Shown: piece after piece, positions 20,549 through 33,094 of the stretch
Numbering within the stretch: the first letter of the stretch is position 1
Layout: every line of letters begins with the position of its first letter
From: Microthyrium microscopicum
Lineage: Eukaryota
Assembly (NCBI GenBank): GCA_010405405.1
Contig: MU004230.1
Span: forward strand, 2,886,627 to 2,950,626
Direction of reading: 5' to 3'
Length of the DNA: 64,000 nucleotides
The notes under the pieces: generated by a model
Seen by the model: only the letters and a program-made list of their open reading frames with translations
Told to the model about the DNA's origin: nothing
Databases searched by the model: none
Program-made: the position numbers and the translations under genes

Positions 20549-22856
20549 CTACCATCCAGCTGACGGTTTCTCTGGCTCCTTGGACCATTTTGATTGCTTG
20601 CCAGTCATATTCTTCTCCTTGCCCGGGTTCTTCTTCAGCGCGGACGTAGGATAGCCCAGGGACTCTTCCAGACCAATGACATCTGGAATCTGAATGTCAA
20701 ACTCGGCCGAAGCAATCTCGACCGGGTCAGCAATCCAGTTTCCAAGCCGATGGTCTCGGCAATTCCAGGATATACGATTGCGGAAATGCTCAATCAATAA
20801 GCTGACTCTCCTATGATCTCTGATGGTCTTGTAAGCATCCGCGAGCGAGGACTTGCAAAACTTGCAGACACCTGGTCGAGGATCTCGTCCGCCATCGCGG
20901 TCGGCAAGAAAACTGGAGGTGATCTGTAGCAGTGCCTGAGAGCGGCGTTCTTCTAGAAGATCTGAACTTGTTAGCTGATGACTTGCAAGGTGGAGACGAT
21001 ACTTACACCAGAAAGAGGCTGGAATATCTTCACTGAACTCTGGATTTTCAGCAGCTAGCTTCAGATATATATAATTCCACTTGGTCCCAATGTGCTTTGC
21101 CAACTTTCTGAATAAATCATTGTCGGACATGGAATACGCATAGGCTAGTGCAGCCACGATATTCTTCCATTTCCAACCTTGCAGTTCCTCAAACATGCTA
21201 TGAAAGTTTCGCTTCCTCAACTCTCTGTCCAAGTGATCGGCGAGATCAAACTCATGGGCTGTTTTGGCGGTGTGGTAAATGTTGGGTAGATCACTCGGAT
21301 ATGGCCAGCGCTCATGTATCTTTTCGGCTTGAAATTGCACTATAGAGAGCAAGATAAACCAACGAGTTGCAACAGCTCTGTTTGTGTCTGGGCCATCATA
21401 TCCAGGAACTCCATACGCGAGTGGAGATGTTCTGCTTTTGAAAACTTCGTTGGATGGAAGAAATGAATCGAATCTCGAGCTGGCGCGTCTGAGAAGCATA
21501 GAATCAACCTGGAAATCGAAATCACCGAGGATGAGACCAAGATCGCCATCCTCAGAAAAGGAGTGGCTATTGGTATGGAAGAGGACTGTAGGTGGTCCAT
21601 TGGGCACAGTTGTGCAGACTCTAGATCCTTGTGAGGCTGGTTTCGCGGCTGGAAAAACTTTGGGTGCATGCGTGGACGCTTGAGATGTTGCGTAGCGACT
21701 GGTATTTAGATTTGAGCCTGGATTTTGGTTTTCAGTGTAAGCTGAAGGTCGACGGGCTGAACTTTCGCCATGAGATACTACAGAAGGTGACTTAGGCCCA
21801 CTCGGCGTTCTCTTCGTGGACCACCTTTGTTGGTGGGAGTAATTCTGGTTTGGTGAATTTGGTTCTGGCGAGAAGGGTTTCGGTGAATTCAGAGTTCGGG
21901 ATCCATTTGACGACGCTTGTCTGCTCCATGATCTCCCCATCGCAGGAGGCCCCGCTGGGCCGCTGGCAGGCTCATTATGAAATTCGGGATCTTCATCCCA
22001 TGGAATATTTTGGCGTTTTGGAAATGCATTGAAGTTCTGATCATTATTGCCGAACGGAATGTTCTTGTTTGGTAGACTCTCAGGATTAACATCCCAAGGA
22101 TCTGCTTCCGGCTTAGCAGTCGCTGATGGCCAATTGTTATCCTCAGGCACAACTGGCTCAGAAGGCCAGTCATCATCCTTAGGTACAGCTGATGTATCCC
22201 ATGGATCGTTGGATTGGCTTGGGGCTTTATATGTATCCCTCGGTTGCTTTGGCTCTCGCCAATTCTTCGGGCCAGTGGGTACCCCAGCCCAAGAATCTGC
22301 TGAATTGAATTGCCTCTTGACGGGTCCTTGTTGCTGTGGAGTCTTGAGATAGGAATTTGATGATCTAGAATCCAAGGCCGGACCCTTATGGATGGGCAAA
22401 CTCAGAGTTTCGGGATCGAGATCCCAAGGATCAATTTCGGCTTGATTATCCACAGACGGCCAATCATTATCGGGCGGTTTAATGCCGCCAGGAATAGCCC
22501 ATGGGTCTTCGGACTCAGTTGGATCTTGAGCCGCCGGTTCTTGAGCTTCTTCCTTTGTTGGCGATGGTTGATTAGAATGGGAATTATCCCATGACCCTGT
22601 AGATTTAACTTCAGGTTTTGCTTCTTTCGGTACGGGAAGTTGAAGTGTTTCTGGGTCAAGGTCTGAACTTGTTAGTACAAGAAACTATAGGAGTTTGGTG
22701 TTAGATATATCATCTTGAGCAAACGACTTGTTAATCTGCTTTTTCTACTATGTCAGAATTCCACAGAAGTAAATTTTACCAGAGGACCAAGTCATCGGCG
22801 CTAAATGTCCATATCAACTGGGAAATCCTACCCCACGGATCTACTTCTTCTGCCAT
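20549..22856 (-). CDS. BTB/POZ-domain protein with disordered DPW-repeat N terminus
   Basis: Exons 22856-22832, 22662-21007, 20961-20549. BTB-like signature DGDLGLILGDFDFQVDSMLLRRASSRF. Repeated DPW/DWP motifs. Confidence 0.75.
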
Positions 22857-23848
22857 TGGGAATTTGGGATTTCAGTCCCAATGTATCAACCCGAGATCAA
22901 GCTCCTGTCGAAAAAGTCTACCTTGTTGTTGTATCAGGCTGGAAGGCCAGGTAAATATATCGTCGATTTATCGACCAATTGATTGGCCCAAGGGGATTAA
23001 AAATAGTGATTGATTGGCTCTCATGCAGCCCACCGATATTGGTTTTCCGAGTGTTACAGACAAACAATTCCAGAGAAAATCGCGTTGAAGTACGCGAATA
23101 CACGTGACTTAATTGTGGCTTGATTTTATGTCCAACTTCATCTGTTCGATTGAGTTGACAAGTTCTGCCTTTCTTATTCCAGAGCAAAAATTCTTTCTTC
23201 TTCTACATCTCTTGAATACATTGACTAGTACTTCAATTGTCCTCTGCCACCGGGAGTTCGAGGACTGGCTTTCCGAGCCCGCTAATATAGAGCTAGCTCA
23301 CAATCTTTATCTGAACCTCCAAGACTACAGGTCGAATCTATGCTCACATTGGATCTCTATGCAGAGCCAACCTGATCCCTGAAACCCCAGAGTTTATTCA
23401 GAGCTTTGACAGTTGTCAATGGCTGAGACCTTATAGGCACGCGACTATCTGCGACAGGATGGTGTCGCCATTGGTCTATACCTTTCTGTACCTGATAGCT
23501 AGGATCAATCAGAAAACTAATCCAATTCCTCGTGCTAGTAGCCAAGTTCGAGCGTACCTGTTATCTACCGGATGTGCAAGAGCCGCATCCGAACGTACTG
23601 ACTGTACGAGCTTAACTTCACGGTCTAGGCATCCGTTGTCTGGGCTGGGATAACGGTCTATTCTACGACCCGTAGTCTTATATGTTCGTACTACTTTATG
23701 AAGTAAACAATAGTAGGCATGTGGTGGAGAATCAATAAACTTTTTAAGATGTAGACTTTTTGATGTTACTTCCATAAGCCAGCTGTCGTCTTGATCTGAA
23801 ATATACTGGAATCGTACCGAACCTTTCACGATCCTCAGAATCACCACG

Positions 23849-25070
23849 ATGACTGTAGAAGTCGAGGGTCCAATATTCGTGGATGACCCATTCGGCTCCA
23901 ATTGGGTCATGCTGGACTGCGCGGCAGAAGGCTTACTAGCAGCAATCGACTGGAAAGCTCTCGAAGAATACGCAATAACCGTCAAGCTAAAGAACTACGG
24001 TCACCATGTCACCTGCGATCTCTCATCCGATATCAGTATGGGTGGGCGGAACGTGGTCAGGCGTCTTGATTTTAGCGACGGCACATCATGGATTGCACGA
24101 ATCCAACGGCAGGAACCAACACCAGAAACACTATACCGTCTCGTGCGCGAGGTCAGCACCCTTCATTTAGCGCGCGAACGAACGAGCATACCTGTACCGG
24201 AAGTGTTTGCTTTCGAGGCTAATGGTACCAATCCTGTTGGTGTCGCCTTTACGATAATGGATTACATACCTGGAAATTCCGCAATGCATTCATTCGGCGG
24301 ATGGCCGGCGCATGGTGGCAGAACTCCGCAGATATTCAAGAAGAAGTTTCACGCGCAAATGGCCGAGATACAAGTAGGTGATATCCCATGATCTGAGCCG
24401 CCCTGGCCAAGAGTTGACCTTGAAGCAGGTCGGGATGGCGTCAATACGCTTCCAGCAGATCGGAAGCATAATCAAGCTTTCCGATGGAACATATTCCGTA
24501 GGCCCAATACCAGGCATCGGCGGACCTTTCAAGACAGCAGCAGATTTCTTCAAAGCCTGGTCAACGAAAGCGCAATTTCCAGTCAACGAGGAAGTGATAC
24601 GGGAGTGGGCGCCTCCAGACATGGTGGACAACATTCTCTCTTCCATACAAGCGTTTCCGTCTCGATTAAAGAGATTCGCGAAATCGCATCGTTGCCAGGA
24701 CGGTCCATTTCCTCTGTTCCATGGCGATTTGTTCAAAAGCAACATTATCATCGACTCTAACTATAACGTACTATCCGTCATAGACTGGGAAGATGCCATC
24801 GTTGCGCCCTGGGAAATGATTGAGTGTATCAAAGATCTCTGTATAGTTCCATCTGGGATGTCAGACACTCAGTATTGCGAGGGCGAGACTGCAAAGCAGA
24901 TCTTTGCGGACAGAAAACGGTACATTCGCATGGTCAGACAGCTGGAGAAGAAACATGAACGTGATAGCAGGCTATCCAAAACATTGAGTAATGAAAGGGG
25001 TCAGAGCATGGCACATGCCATGTGGATGTTCTTGGGCGGCAGAATCGGATCCTTTACGAATCTTCTTTGA
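23849..25070 (+). CDS. aminoglycoside phosphotransferase (APH) family kinase-like protein
   Basis: Exons 23849-24373 and 24429-25070. GGRNVV, WIARI, IPVPEVF, IMDYIPG, HGDLFKSNII, VIDWE. Confidence 0.88.
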
Positions 25071-25369
25071 CGCCGGAGTTGTATGGAATCGGCCATTTGA
25101 GATGACCTATGTAGTTGATGTAATAAAAATCATGGAAAAGTCTCATGCTGGATCAAGGGGATATCATGGTCAATAAACTTGATATAGCTCTGCTGACGTA
25201 AGCAAAGTTGGCTTGACTGATTTGATAAGATCTTGAGCTTTTCATTCTTCGTCATCATACATGTTGATATTTTATTTACCAGACACTTATGACAAGTCCT
25301 TTTGAATCATAAAAGAACTGGTATTCAATTGACCCACGAGTCACGCTCTCGACTTCACGGTCCCTCAAA

Positions 25370-26128
25370 ATGCCTTCTATATCACCTGCCGCCCTCCGCG
25401 TCCTCCGAGCTGCCATTGAGGGCACCCCATTTCGACCTGTCGCATGCCAGTCTTCCCGCATACTCTCGAGAGGCCATATTGTTCGATATCCATTACAGAG
25501 ACAGCAACGGCCGTACAGTGCGGCAGCATCTCAGCATTCGACACCACCTACTCGTCCACCAGACGAGCACTTCGATCACCTACTCCAAAACCCACCCAAA
25601 ACATACTACGACTTCTTTCCCAGCCTAAGCATCACAGGCCCACCACCAGACGGTCCATTCACTATCGACCAAGCAGCCCTCAAGCGGGACTTTATCCGCC
25701 TACAAGCCGTCGCCCATCCAGACCGGCATCCAGCAGAACGGCGCCGAGCCGCCGAGCGTCTAAGTGCTCAAATAAACACTGCCTTCAAAACATTATCTTC
25801 GCCGCTACGTAGAGCGGAGTATATACTAGACCTCAGAGGGGCACGAGATAGTGCGGATGAGGAACGTGTGGTGGGTGATGGGGAAGGCGACCAGGAGACC
25901 TTGATGGAGGTCATGGAAGCTCAACAGGAGGCGGAGGAAGCGGCGGATGATGAGGAGATGATACGAGAGATGAGGAGGCAGAATGATACGAGGATGGGTG
26001 AGGTTATTGGGCAGTTGGACGATGCGTTTGAGAAGGATGATTTGGTGAGGGCGAAGAAGGAGGCGGTCAAGTTGAGTTATTGGGATGGATTGGAGGAGAG
26101 GTTGCGGTATGGAAGTGTGATGCATTAG
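25370..26128 (+). CDS. JAC1: mitochondrial Fe-S cluster J-type co-chaperone (HscB family)
   Basis: R-rich presequence, YYDFFP, J-domain HPD, INTAFKTLSSPLRRAEYIL, LMEVME, KLSYW. Confidence 0.92.
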   Translation: MPSISPAALRVLRAAIEGTPFRPVACQSSRILSRGHIVRYPLQRQQRPYSAAASQHSTPPTRPPDEHFDHLLQNPPKTYYDFFPSLSITGPPPDGPFTIDQAALKRDFIRLQAVAHPDRHPAERRRAAERLSAQINTAFKTLSSPLRRAEYILDLRGARDSADEERVVGDGEGDQETLMEVMEAQQEAEEAADDEEMIREMRRQNDTRMGEVIGQLDDAFEKDDLVRAKKEAVKLSYWDGLEERLRYGSVMH

Positions 26129-26560
26129 TATCTTAGTCAATAGGACTCTATATACCCCCTTATGTATGATCTTTATACTTACTCTTATGTAGCATACAAA
26201 TGTTTATGGATGATGAGGTAGACAATGGATGTTGGCTGCAAAGACCTGATTCTTGCACGATCCCCTAAATGCCGCTTTTCTTGTTGAACTTTTCAACTGC
26301 TCATTAGATCTCAAACTGAAAGTAAACGAGTGAAATAATATAGACAATGATGGATGGTTGCAATTCGGTTGATGAGCGAGGAGTTTAGGAGCAGTTGGTC
26401 GCACGGATGGGAAGCGGCGATTGGTGAAAGCTCCGAGATGACATTCTGGCCTTTGACAACATCAATCTCCCAGCTCTCTCTCTTCAATACTTCATCATTT
26501 ATACTTCTTCAACCTCCAACTAACCTGCAATTCTTTCACATAGACAGTAGAGTTCACACA

Positions 26561-28292
26561 ATGAAGAACTTCTGGGCTTTGCCCGCCTTCTTGCGCCTGG
26601 CCATCGCTACTCAACAGGCTTTCAATGTCAACGATGATCTGTTCGCTTTCCCGCAGGTATGGAACACTTTGTAGCTCTTCTTTGCGCGTACAGTCTCAAT
26701 ACTAATCATACAAATCCAATAGTACGAAATAATATACAACGACGAGTCTCCAGTCACGTCCGAATATGCTGCCGAAAAGCTTGGTCATGGTCAAACTACT
26801 CTCACACCCGGTTCCGACCTCTCCAAACCACGACCTTCCGATCCTCCCGATATCGTGCACGACACACCATTAGTCTTGAAGTGGGAAAAGCTCACTTATC
26901 ATGGCTCTCCATATCTATGTTCGATACCAACGATACCTCCACCTCCCCCAAGCGTCGCATCGAACCGCACAGCCGAAGATGAGGCCAATGACCTCGCCCT
27001 TGCAGTACACCGTGGCCAAGAGCTACTGAAAGGCATGGAAGGCAATTGCATATACTTCGTCAGTGGCTGGTGGAGCTACAGCTTCTGCTACAACGAAGGC
27101 GTGCGCCAGTTTCACCCTCTCCCGTCTGGGAGAAACGTGCCCATTTATCCACCCGTTGAAGACAAAAGTGTAGGCGCGTATATCCTCGGGCGCTTCCAAG
27201 GCACTGAGCGTGAAGAGGATGACGATAATACTCCGGATGATATTGAGGAACCTAGCAAGAACCACAAGAGCACACCTAAGAAAGAGCAGGAGACTGGACT
27301 TGCGAAGCTAGAGGTCAAAGGACAAAAGGGCGCTATGAGATACTTGGTACACAACCTCAAAGGTGGAACAGTCTGTGATCTGACCGGCGAAGAACGTAGT
27401 ATTGAAGTCCAGGTTGTCACCGCCCTTGATTACGGATTGTGATGAAGACTAACCTTTTTAGTTCCAATGCGAAAACATCCCAACTGATCGGATATCCATT
27501 ATCAAAGAAACTTCTATTTGTCAGTATCGGATGGTCATTAGCACTCCCCGTCTATGCAACGACGTCGCTTTTCAACCTCCTAAAGGCCCGAAGCCACACC
27601 CAATATCCTGTTCGCCCGTCATGGAAGCAGACAAAATCCAACCTTACATTGATGAGCTTCAAGCAGCTACCGCTGATTATGAAGCCGAGTACCAGAGAAC
27701 AGCCAAGGAATACGTCAACGAGGCTATGGAGGATATCAAGGCTATATTGGGTGTTGGATCCAAGGACGCGGACGTCGATGGAAACGAGCTTGTGGACGGC
27801 GAGTACGATATCGAAATTCCGAAGACCAAGAATAAGGTGCCATCGATTATGGTTGGCGACATTGAGATTGGTGGCCACAATCTCGTACCCAAGAGTCTGA
27901 AATTGCCTAAACGGATACCGATGGGTGCAGCTGGATCGGAGAAGGTGCTTGGAACTATTGCCAAAAGTGACGGGTTTACGGCGTCAGAGAAGGATTTGGC
28001 TAAACTCAACATTCAAGGTGGCAAAGAACTGGAGGTCATAAAAGATAAGGTTCGAAGGACCGCCGCTGGCGCCGACTGGCAGATCGATGTTGTGGAAACG
28101 GGGCGTGGCGTTCGTGAGCTTAGAGGGATCATAGGAGATGCGAAAGTGCCAGCAAAGGAGCCAGCTGCTGAGGGAAAGGAAGACAAGGAAGCCCCCAAAA
28201 AGAAAGAGGCTGAGGACTTTACTGACACGAAAGATAAGAAAGATGACGAAGAAGAGACGGGAAGCGAAGAAACCTACAAAGAAGAGCTATAG
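26561..28292 (+). CDS. YOS9: ER lectin for misfolded glycoproteins (OS-9 family)
   Basis: Exons 26561-26656, 26723-27412, 27462-28292. Signal peptide, MRH motifs GWWSYSFCY and GTVCDLTG, TPRLC, C-terminal KEEL ER-retention-like signal. Confidence 0.92.
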
Positions 28293-28671
28293 TTGGGATG
28301 AATAGAGTCTTTCCAGTTTCATGGCAATGCCATTTGCATTAGCAGGAGCGTTCAGTACTAAGAGTAGTAATTATATTCCCCGTATTCCTTGTTTTCAAAG
28401 CTCCCAGACTGTGGGCAGATATTGTGTGGACTGCTACTTCCTTTTGTTTATGACTATTTTAGCTCTAGATCTTTACCTCACGACCATTGAGCTCCGACAC
28501 TTTTAAAACACTTTCCGAATATCAATCCTCACCATCTACCTCGTTTTCACTCGGTTCACAAACGCTTCAACTCTCGGTAAATGGAGTAGCCTCTCGATCA
28601 GCGCACCATCGTCCTCTCCTCTTACTATCGAAAACTCTGACTGCAATAAAAACATCAAATCAAGCATCATA

Positions 28672-31111
28672 ATGCCCTCCCTAGGTGCACTTAAATGTGA
28701 GATCCTTCTTCCCGGCAGTATCCCACTTTCAGAGCACGGCCTTAAATACGACGACTCAGCTGTAATCGTCTACATACCCACACCAGTCTACTCTGTTCCA
28801 TTTTCCATCCGTCTTTGGGCCACTGCGCCAATTGTCTCTGGCCTTACAGCCAATGTCTACATCGACGGAACATATCAAGCCAGCCACACCTGGCTTCCGC
28901 ACCAAGAGGACCTTGATGTCACCTTCGATGGATCCGAAGAACGTTCCAAGTCGAAAGCCAATTCCACTGTCGTCAAACGCCCATGGCGGTTCGAAAAACT
29001 TCAAGTCGTGAATAAGGCAGCTTCCACGGATGAAGCAGACGAAGCCCGCTGGTGTGGTGTCGGATGTATTGAAGTCATCATTTTACGAGCTTCAGCAAAG
29101 CAGGATCCACGAAACGCACAACGGTGGACGACAGGTCCACGATCTTTGCCTACCGACAACATGAGTGATCGCGAAATTGCTGAGCTCGCGTCCAAGGCGA
29201 TGAAGCGGAAAGTAAGACCGGTGACTGGTCTGGACGGCGCAAACGATTACACCGATGATGAAGGATACATTCGAGGTGCGAGGCGGCGTACTCGTCGCCG
29301 TGTTGAGGAAGAGCAGGTTCGCCAGCGAGATCAGGATAGAGGAGTACCGCCTGGATATAATCCGAATCAGGCGTGGTATCCTCCTCCTCCGCCTCCTCCG
29401 CTTGCGACATGGTACATACCGCCGAACACACATCAGGCTCCAATGGTCCCTCCGGAGCCGGTCCCAACGCAGCCTACGCAGCCTCAATTTCCAGGTTATC
29501 AGTATCCCTATGTGCCGCCACCTATATATCCATCTTATATGGGGTATCCACCGGCATTTCAACCACAACCACAGCCAAATGCTGGACAGCAAACTAGACA
29601 GGAAAAGCCTAAGAAGAAGGAAAAGAAGAAAGTCGCCGTGATACATGATTCTGATTCCGAGTCTGATTCTGATGCCAAAACTGCCAAGGGAGAGTATGTC
29701 AAAGTGGACGAGATCAAAGAACTGATTCGAAACTTGGACAACAACAAAAAGAGTCACAAGAAAGATAAGGACGAGGATAAAGATGCCATTCTTGCGGCTC
29801 TGCTGGCAAAACTTGGGACAGACCACAAGAAGAAAATTGAAAGACAGATGGAAAAGACCAAGTCCAAAAAAGATGAACTGGATAAGATCCTTGATTTGCT
29901 GAAGGAGAAACAGAAAGAGAAAGGTGGAAAAGAAGATAGGAACAAGCACGATAAGGCCGATAAACCCAAGAAAGAGAAGACCGACAAGTCCAAAAGACGA
30001 AGCAAGGATGATGATGGCTACGCCTTCAAACTCGCAAGATTCTTCGGATACAATGAAACCGCCACGACTACCTCCTCGGCAGAATCTAGTGATTCTGAGC
30101 CCAATGAAGACATCACCGATGCTCTTGCACGGTTGCTTGGTACAGCATCTGACAAGAACAAGAAAAAGAAGAAGCATCGAAAGAGCAAATCAAAGACATC
30201 CAGCAAGAAATCCTCCTCTAAAAAGGCCGAGACGGTGAAATCCTTCAAGGCAGTCTCCTTGCAAGATGCATTCGCAAACAATAACAACTTCCAAGCTTTC
30301 AACGGCAATAACTCCAACAAAAGTAGTAGCAAAAAGAACGACCCCTGGGCCACCAACGATAACGACAACAACAATGGCAGTTGGGGCAATGACGATAAGA
30401 AAGACAGTGACAAAGATAAGACTGAAGACAACACATGGGAAAACGACAACAACAACAACAACGACAATGCAAGCGAACATAAGTCAGAAACCAAGGGCAC
30501 TTCTACCAAGACATCTGATCAAAATGTCGGAAAGCATCGTCTATATCGTTCATACTGGGAAGATCGTGAGACTCGAAAGATCGATAGCAGTCGGCAGCTG
30601 CAGCAGCAGTGGGCTCCTCAGTATGGCGTGCCAAAGGGTAAAGTTGCTGCGAGCGTTTTGCAGCAGGTCTCTGTTGGTCCGCCTTCAAAGCCCGTCCATA
30701 AGATGAAAGTGAAGAATCCGAAGTGTATTGATAGCTTTGACAAGCCGTATGCTATCTTTCGGTTTCATTATCGCGATCCTAGTAAGTCAAAGGTTCGTTG
30801 CTGTACTGGGACTGTATTAATTTCGATGTATAGAGGTTCTTAAGGAGAAGTATAAGTTCAAGATCAAGAAACTTACTCCGGAAGAACATAAGCAGATGCT
30901 TAGCGCGCTGCCACATGATATGTTGGTTGAGATTGCTGTGGCCGGTGTACCGAAGAAGAATGACGATGATGGTGAGAATGAGGCTGAGAATGAGAATGCT
31001 ACTGCTGGTGCAGATGATAATTGGCCCAGTGCTGACAACAGCAATGACAACAAGGGAGGAAATGATGACTGGCCCGAATCTGTCAAGCCAAAAGCTGATA
31101 GCAGCTGGTAG
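28672..31111 (+). CDS. hypothetical protein: beta-rich N-terminal domain, P-rich, K-rich and N-rich middle, conserved-looking C-terminal block
   Basis: Exons 28672-30781 and 30834-31111 join two ORFs in frame. DSFDKPYAIFRFHYR block precedes the intron. Confidence 0.75.
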
Positions 31112-31173
31112 AAAATCATGTAGTAGTCCGCTGTTCCTTCTTCCATCGAGATTCAAGTCATAATGCATTACCA

Positions 31174-32841
31174 TTAACATCTAGTCTCTACCCCATCCTG
31201 ACTGACAGTAACATATTTGACCCCTTTATATGGCTTGACACCAGCTCCCAGCCCAAGCGATCGCTGCGTATCTATCACCAACTTATCAACCTTGATGCCA
31301 CTGGCTAGCCATCCCTTGACCTGAAAGCTCACGCTCGCACTACTCGGCATAAGCGACTCATTTGCCCGTGCCTTTTTCTTATTTCTCGTCTCCTCATCAT
31401 CATCAGTCGGCTTCTCTGGCATATCTTTCGACGATTGATATGCATCCCCCTCATCATAGTCCCACTTTTGCCTATTCACCTCTTGCACTTCATCATCGGC
31501 TTGCGCATCATCTTCTGTCGCTCCTGATACACTACATCTGAGCGTGGCTACCACGTCTGCTGTAATGCCATGCGAATTTGCCACAAGAACGCCAACGTCT
31601 TTGCCGGAAACGCGCCACTCTAGCTTGTCTTCACCTGGTGCCCATCGTGCTTCTCCCCTTGAGGGCTTTAGATCACCTAAACTGCGCACGCCGGTTGGTA
31701 TCGGTACTTTGACCCACACATCTTCAACGACAGGATGTACCGACGTGCCCGCGGTCTTGGCAGCACTAAAACCAGTGGGCGGTTTGAACGCATCGGATTT
31801 ATTTCCGGCGCGACTCGCAAACGTCGGGTTCAGTGCTAGTCGCACCTCAAAATCTGCCCCTGTTGAACCTAGTCCTTTGCGTACTGCGACGGTCGCTGGG
31901 ACGTGGAGGGGAGACTTGGCGGTCTTCTTGCCTTTGGTAGCGCCTAGTGCGCGCTCGGCGTAGTCGGGCCCTAGTAGGTCAACTTCGTAGCCCATGAGCA
32001 GGAAACGGCCGTCTGGTGGGACGAAGCTGAGGTCACCGGGGCGGTCTTTCCAACGGGTTAAGCGCACGCACGGGTGGAAGACGGGAAGGTTGAGTGTCGT
32101 GGCAAGGGCGTTGGGTCCGCCTGCTTGGGAACCGAGGGAGAGGAAGAGATCTGGGACGCCGGAGACTTTGGAAGTGAAGACGATGGAGCCATGAGCGAAT
32201 GCGGAAAGCGGTTGACCGGATGGAGCGGTGATGATGTGTAATGTTTCAACAATATCTGCGTATAGCTCATTGCTGGTGTGGCGGACATTGGACTTTCGCC
32301 AGGGTATCGTGGGCGCGTTGGCAGAGCTTGTATTTGATAGCGATGTCATGGACCGTGAGTGCGATAGTGATGGCGCAGGTGTAGTCAGACCAACATTGCC
32401 GAGCAATTTATTCATCCAGGAAGGTGCTTCCACCAGATCTCTAAGGGCGTTAGGCTCAGTGGTGGCGATGGCGCCGCAATCACACATTTCACCGAGGAGT
32501 TGGGCAACGACATCGTAGGAACTGGAGATTTTGCTGGGCAGCAGGGGTGAGCCTAGGAAGTCTTCGAAGACGTCAACTATCCGGTGGAGGAATTCGAGGA
32601 CTATGAGAGGGTCTATGTCTTGCGAGGTTGGACACAAGAGAATTAGTCCATCTTGAACTATTGAATGTACCAGTGTGGATGGATTGGTGCTGGATTCGTA
32701 TATCAATGAGGGCCTTGGGGTTGAGTGGGCCAAATACAATGGAAGTAGCACTTGGGCGGAAGGAGGCCGACTTGTCCAGACATGAGAGAGGACTAAGGAG
32801 TTGTTCTCATCGAATATATACAGGGCATCAATTGTGGCCAT
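31174..32841 (-). CDS. APM3: AP-3 adaptor complex mu subunit
   Basis: Single exon. Longin-like N terminus, IPWRKSNVRHTSNELYADIVE, FHPCVRL, SFVPPDG, KPYKGVKY. Confidence 0.92.
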   Translation of the reverse strand: MATIDALYIFDENNSLVLSHVWTSRPPSAQVLLPLYLAHSTPRPSLIYESSTNPSTLVHSIVQDGLILLCPTSQDIDPLIVLEFLHRIVDVFEDFLGSPLLPSKISSSYDVVAQLLGEMCDCGAIATTEPNALRDLVEAPSWMNKLLGNVGLTTPAPSLSHSRSMTSLSNTSSANAPTIPWRKSNVRHTSNELYADIVETLHIITAPSGQPLSAFAHGSIVFTSKVSGVPDLFLSLGSQAGGPNALATTLNLPVFHPCVRLTRWKDRPGDLSFVPPDGRFLLMGYEVDLLGPDYAERALGATKGKKTAKSPLHVPATVAVRKGLGSTGADFEVRLALNPTFASRAGNKSDAFKPPTGFSAAKTAGTSVHPVVEDVWVKVPIPTGVRSLGDLKPSRGEARWAPGEDKLEWRVSGKDVGVLVANSHGITADVVATLRCSVSGATEDDAQADDEVQEVNRQKWDYDEGDAYQSSKDMPEKPTDDDEETRNKKKARANESLMPSSASVSFQVKGWLASGIKVDKLVIDTQRSLGLGAGVKPYKGVKYVTVSQDGVETRC

Positions 32842-33094
32842 GATACACTGACTTTGTTCTCTCCCTCTAGAGGATCGAAATTGGCGATGGGGATGGAGTT
32901 AAAGATGTGGCTTGGGCTTCAAGGCGAATGAGGAAGGAACTAAAAATAATCCCTGTCAGTCCACAATTTTCCCAACTTCATCTCATCAATCCCTTTTTAT
33001 CCCTTCGAAGCACCAATAAATCCCACACTACGCTCATCTGATATCTGCATTTTGAATCTCTGCGCGTCTCGGGATTCATCGGAGGTCGCGCAAA

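Noticed and set aside
23849..25070. Antibiotic-resistance or horizontally acquired gene
   Set aside because: APH-like kinases are a common expanded fungal family, and this one has a normal spliceosomal intron.
29092..30509. Long antisense ORFs (361 aa and others), and similar shadow ORFs in other genes
   Set aside because: They mirror low-complexity K/D/N-rich sense codons and are not independent genes.
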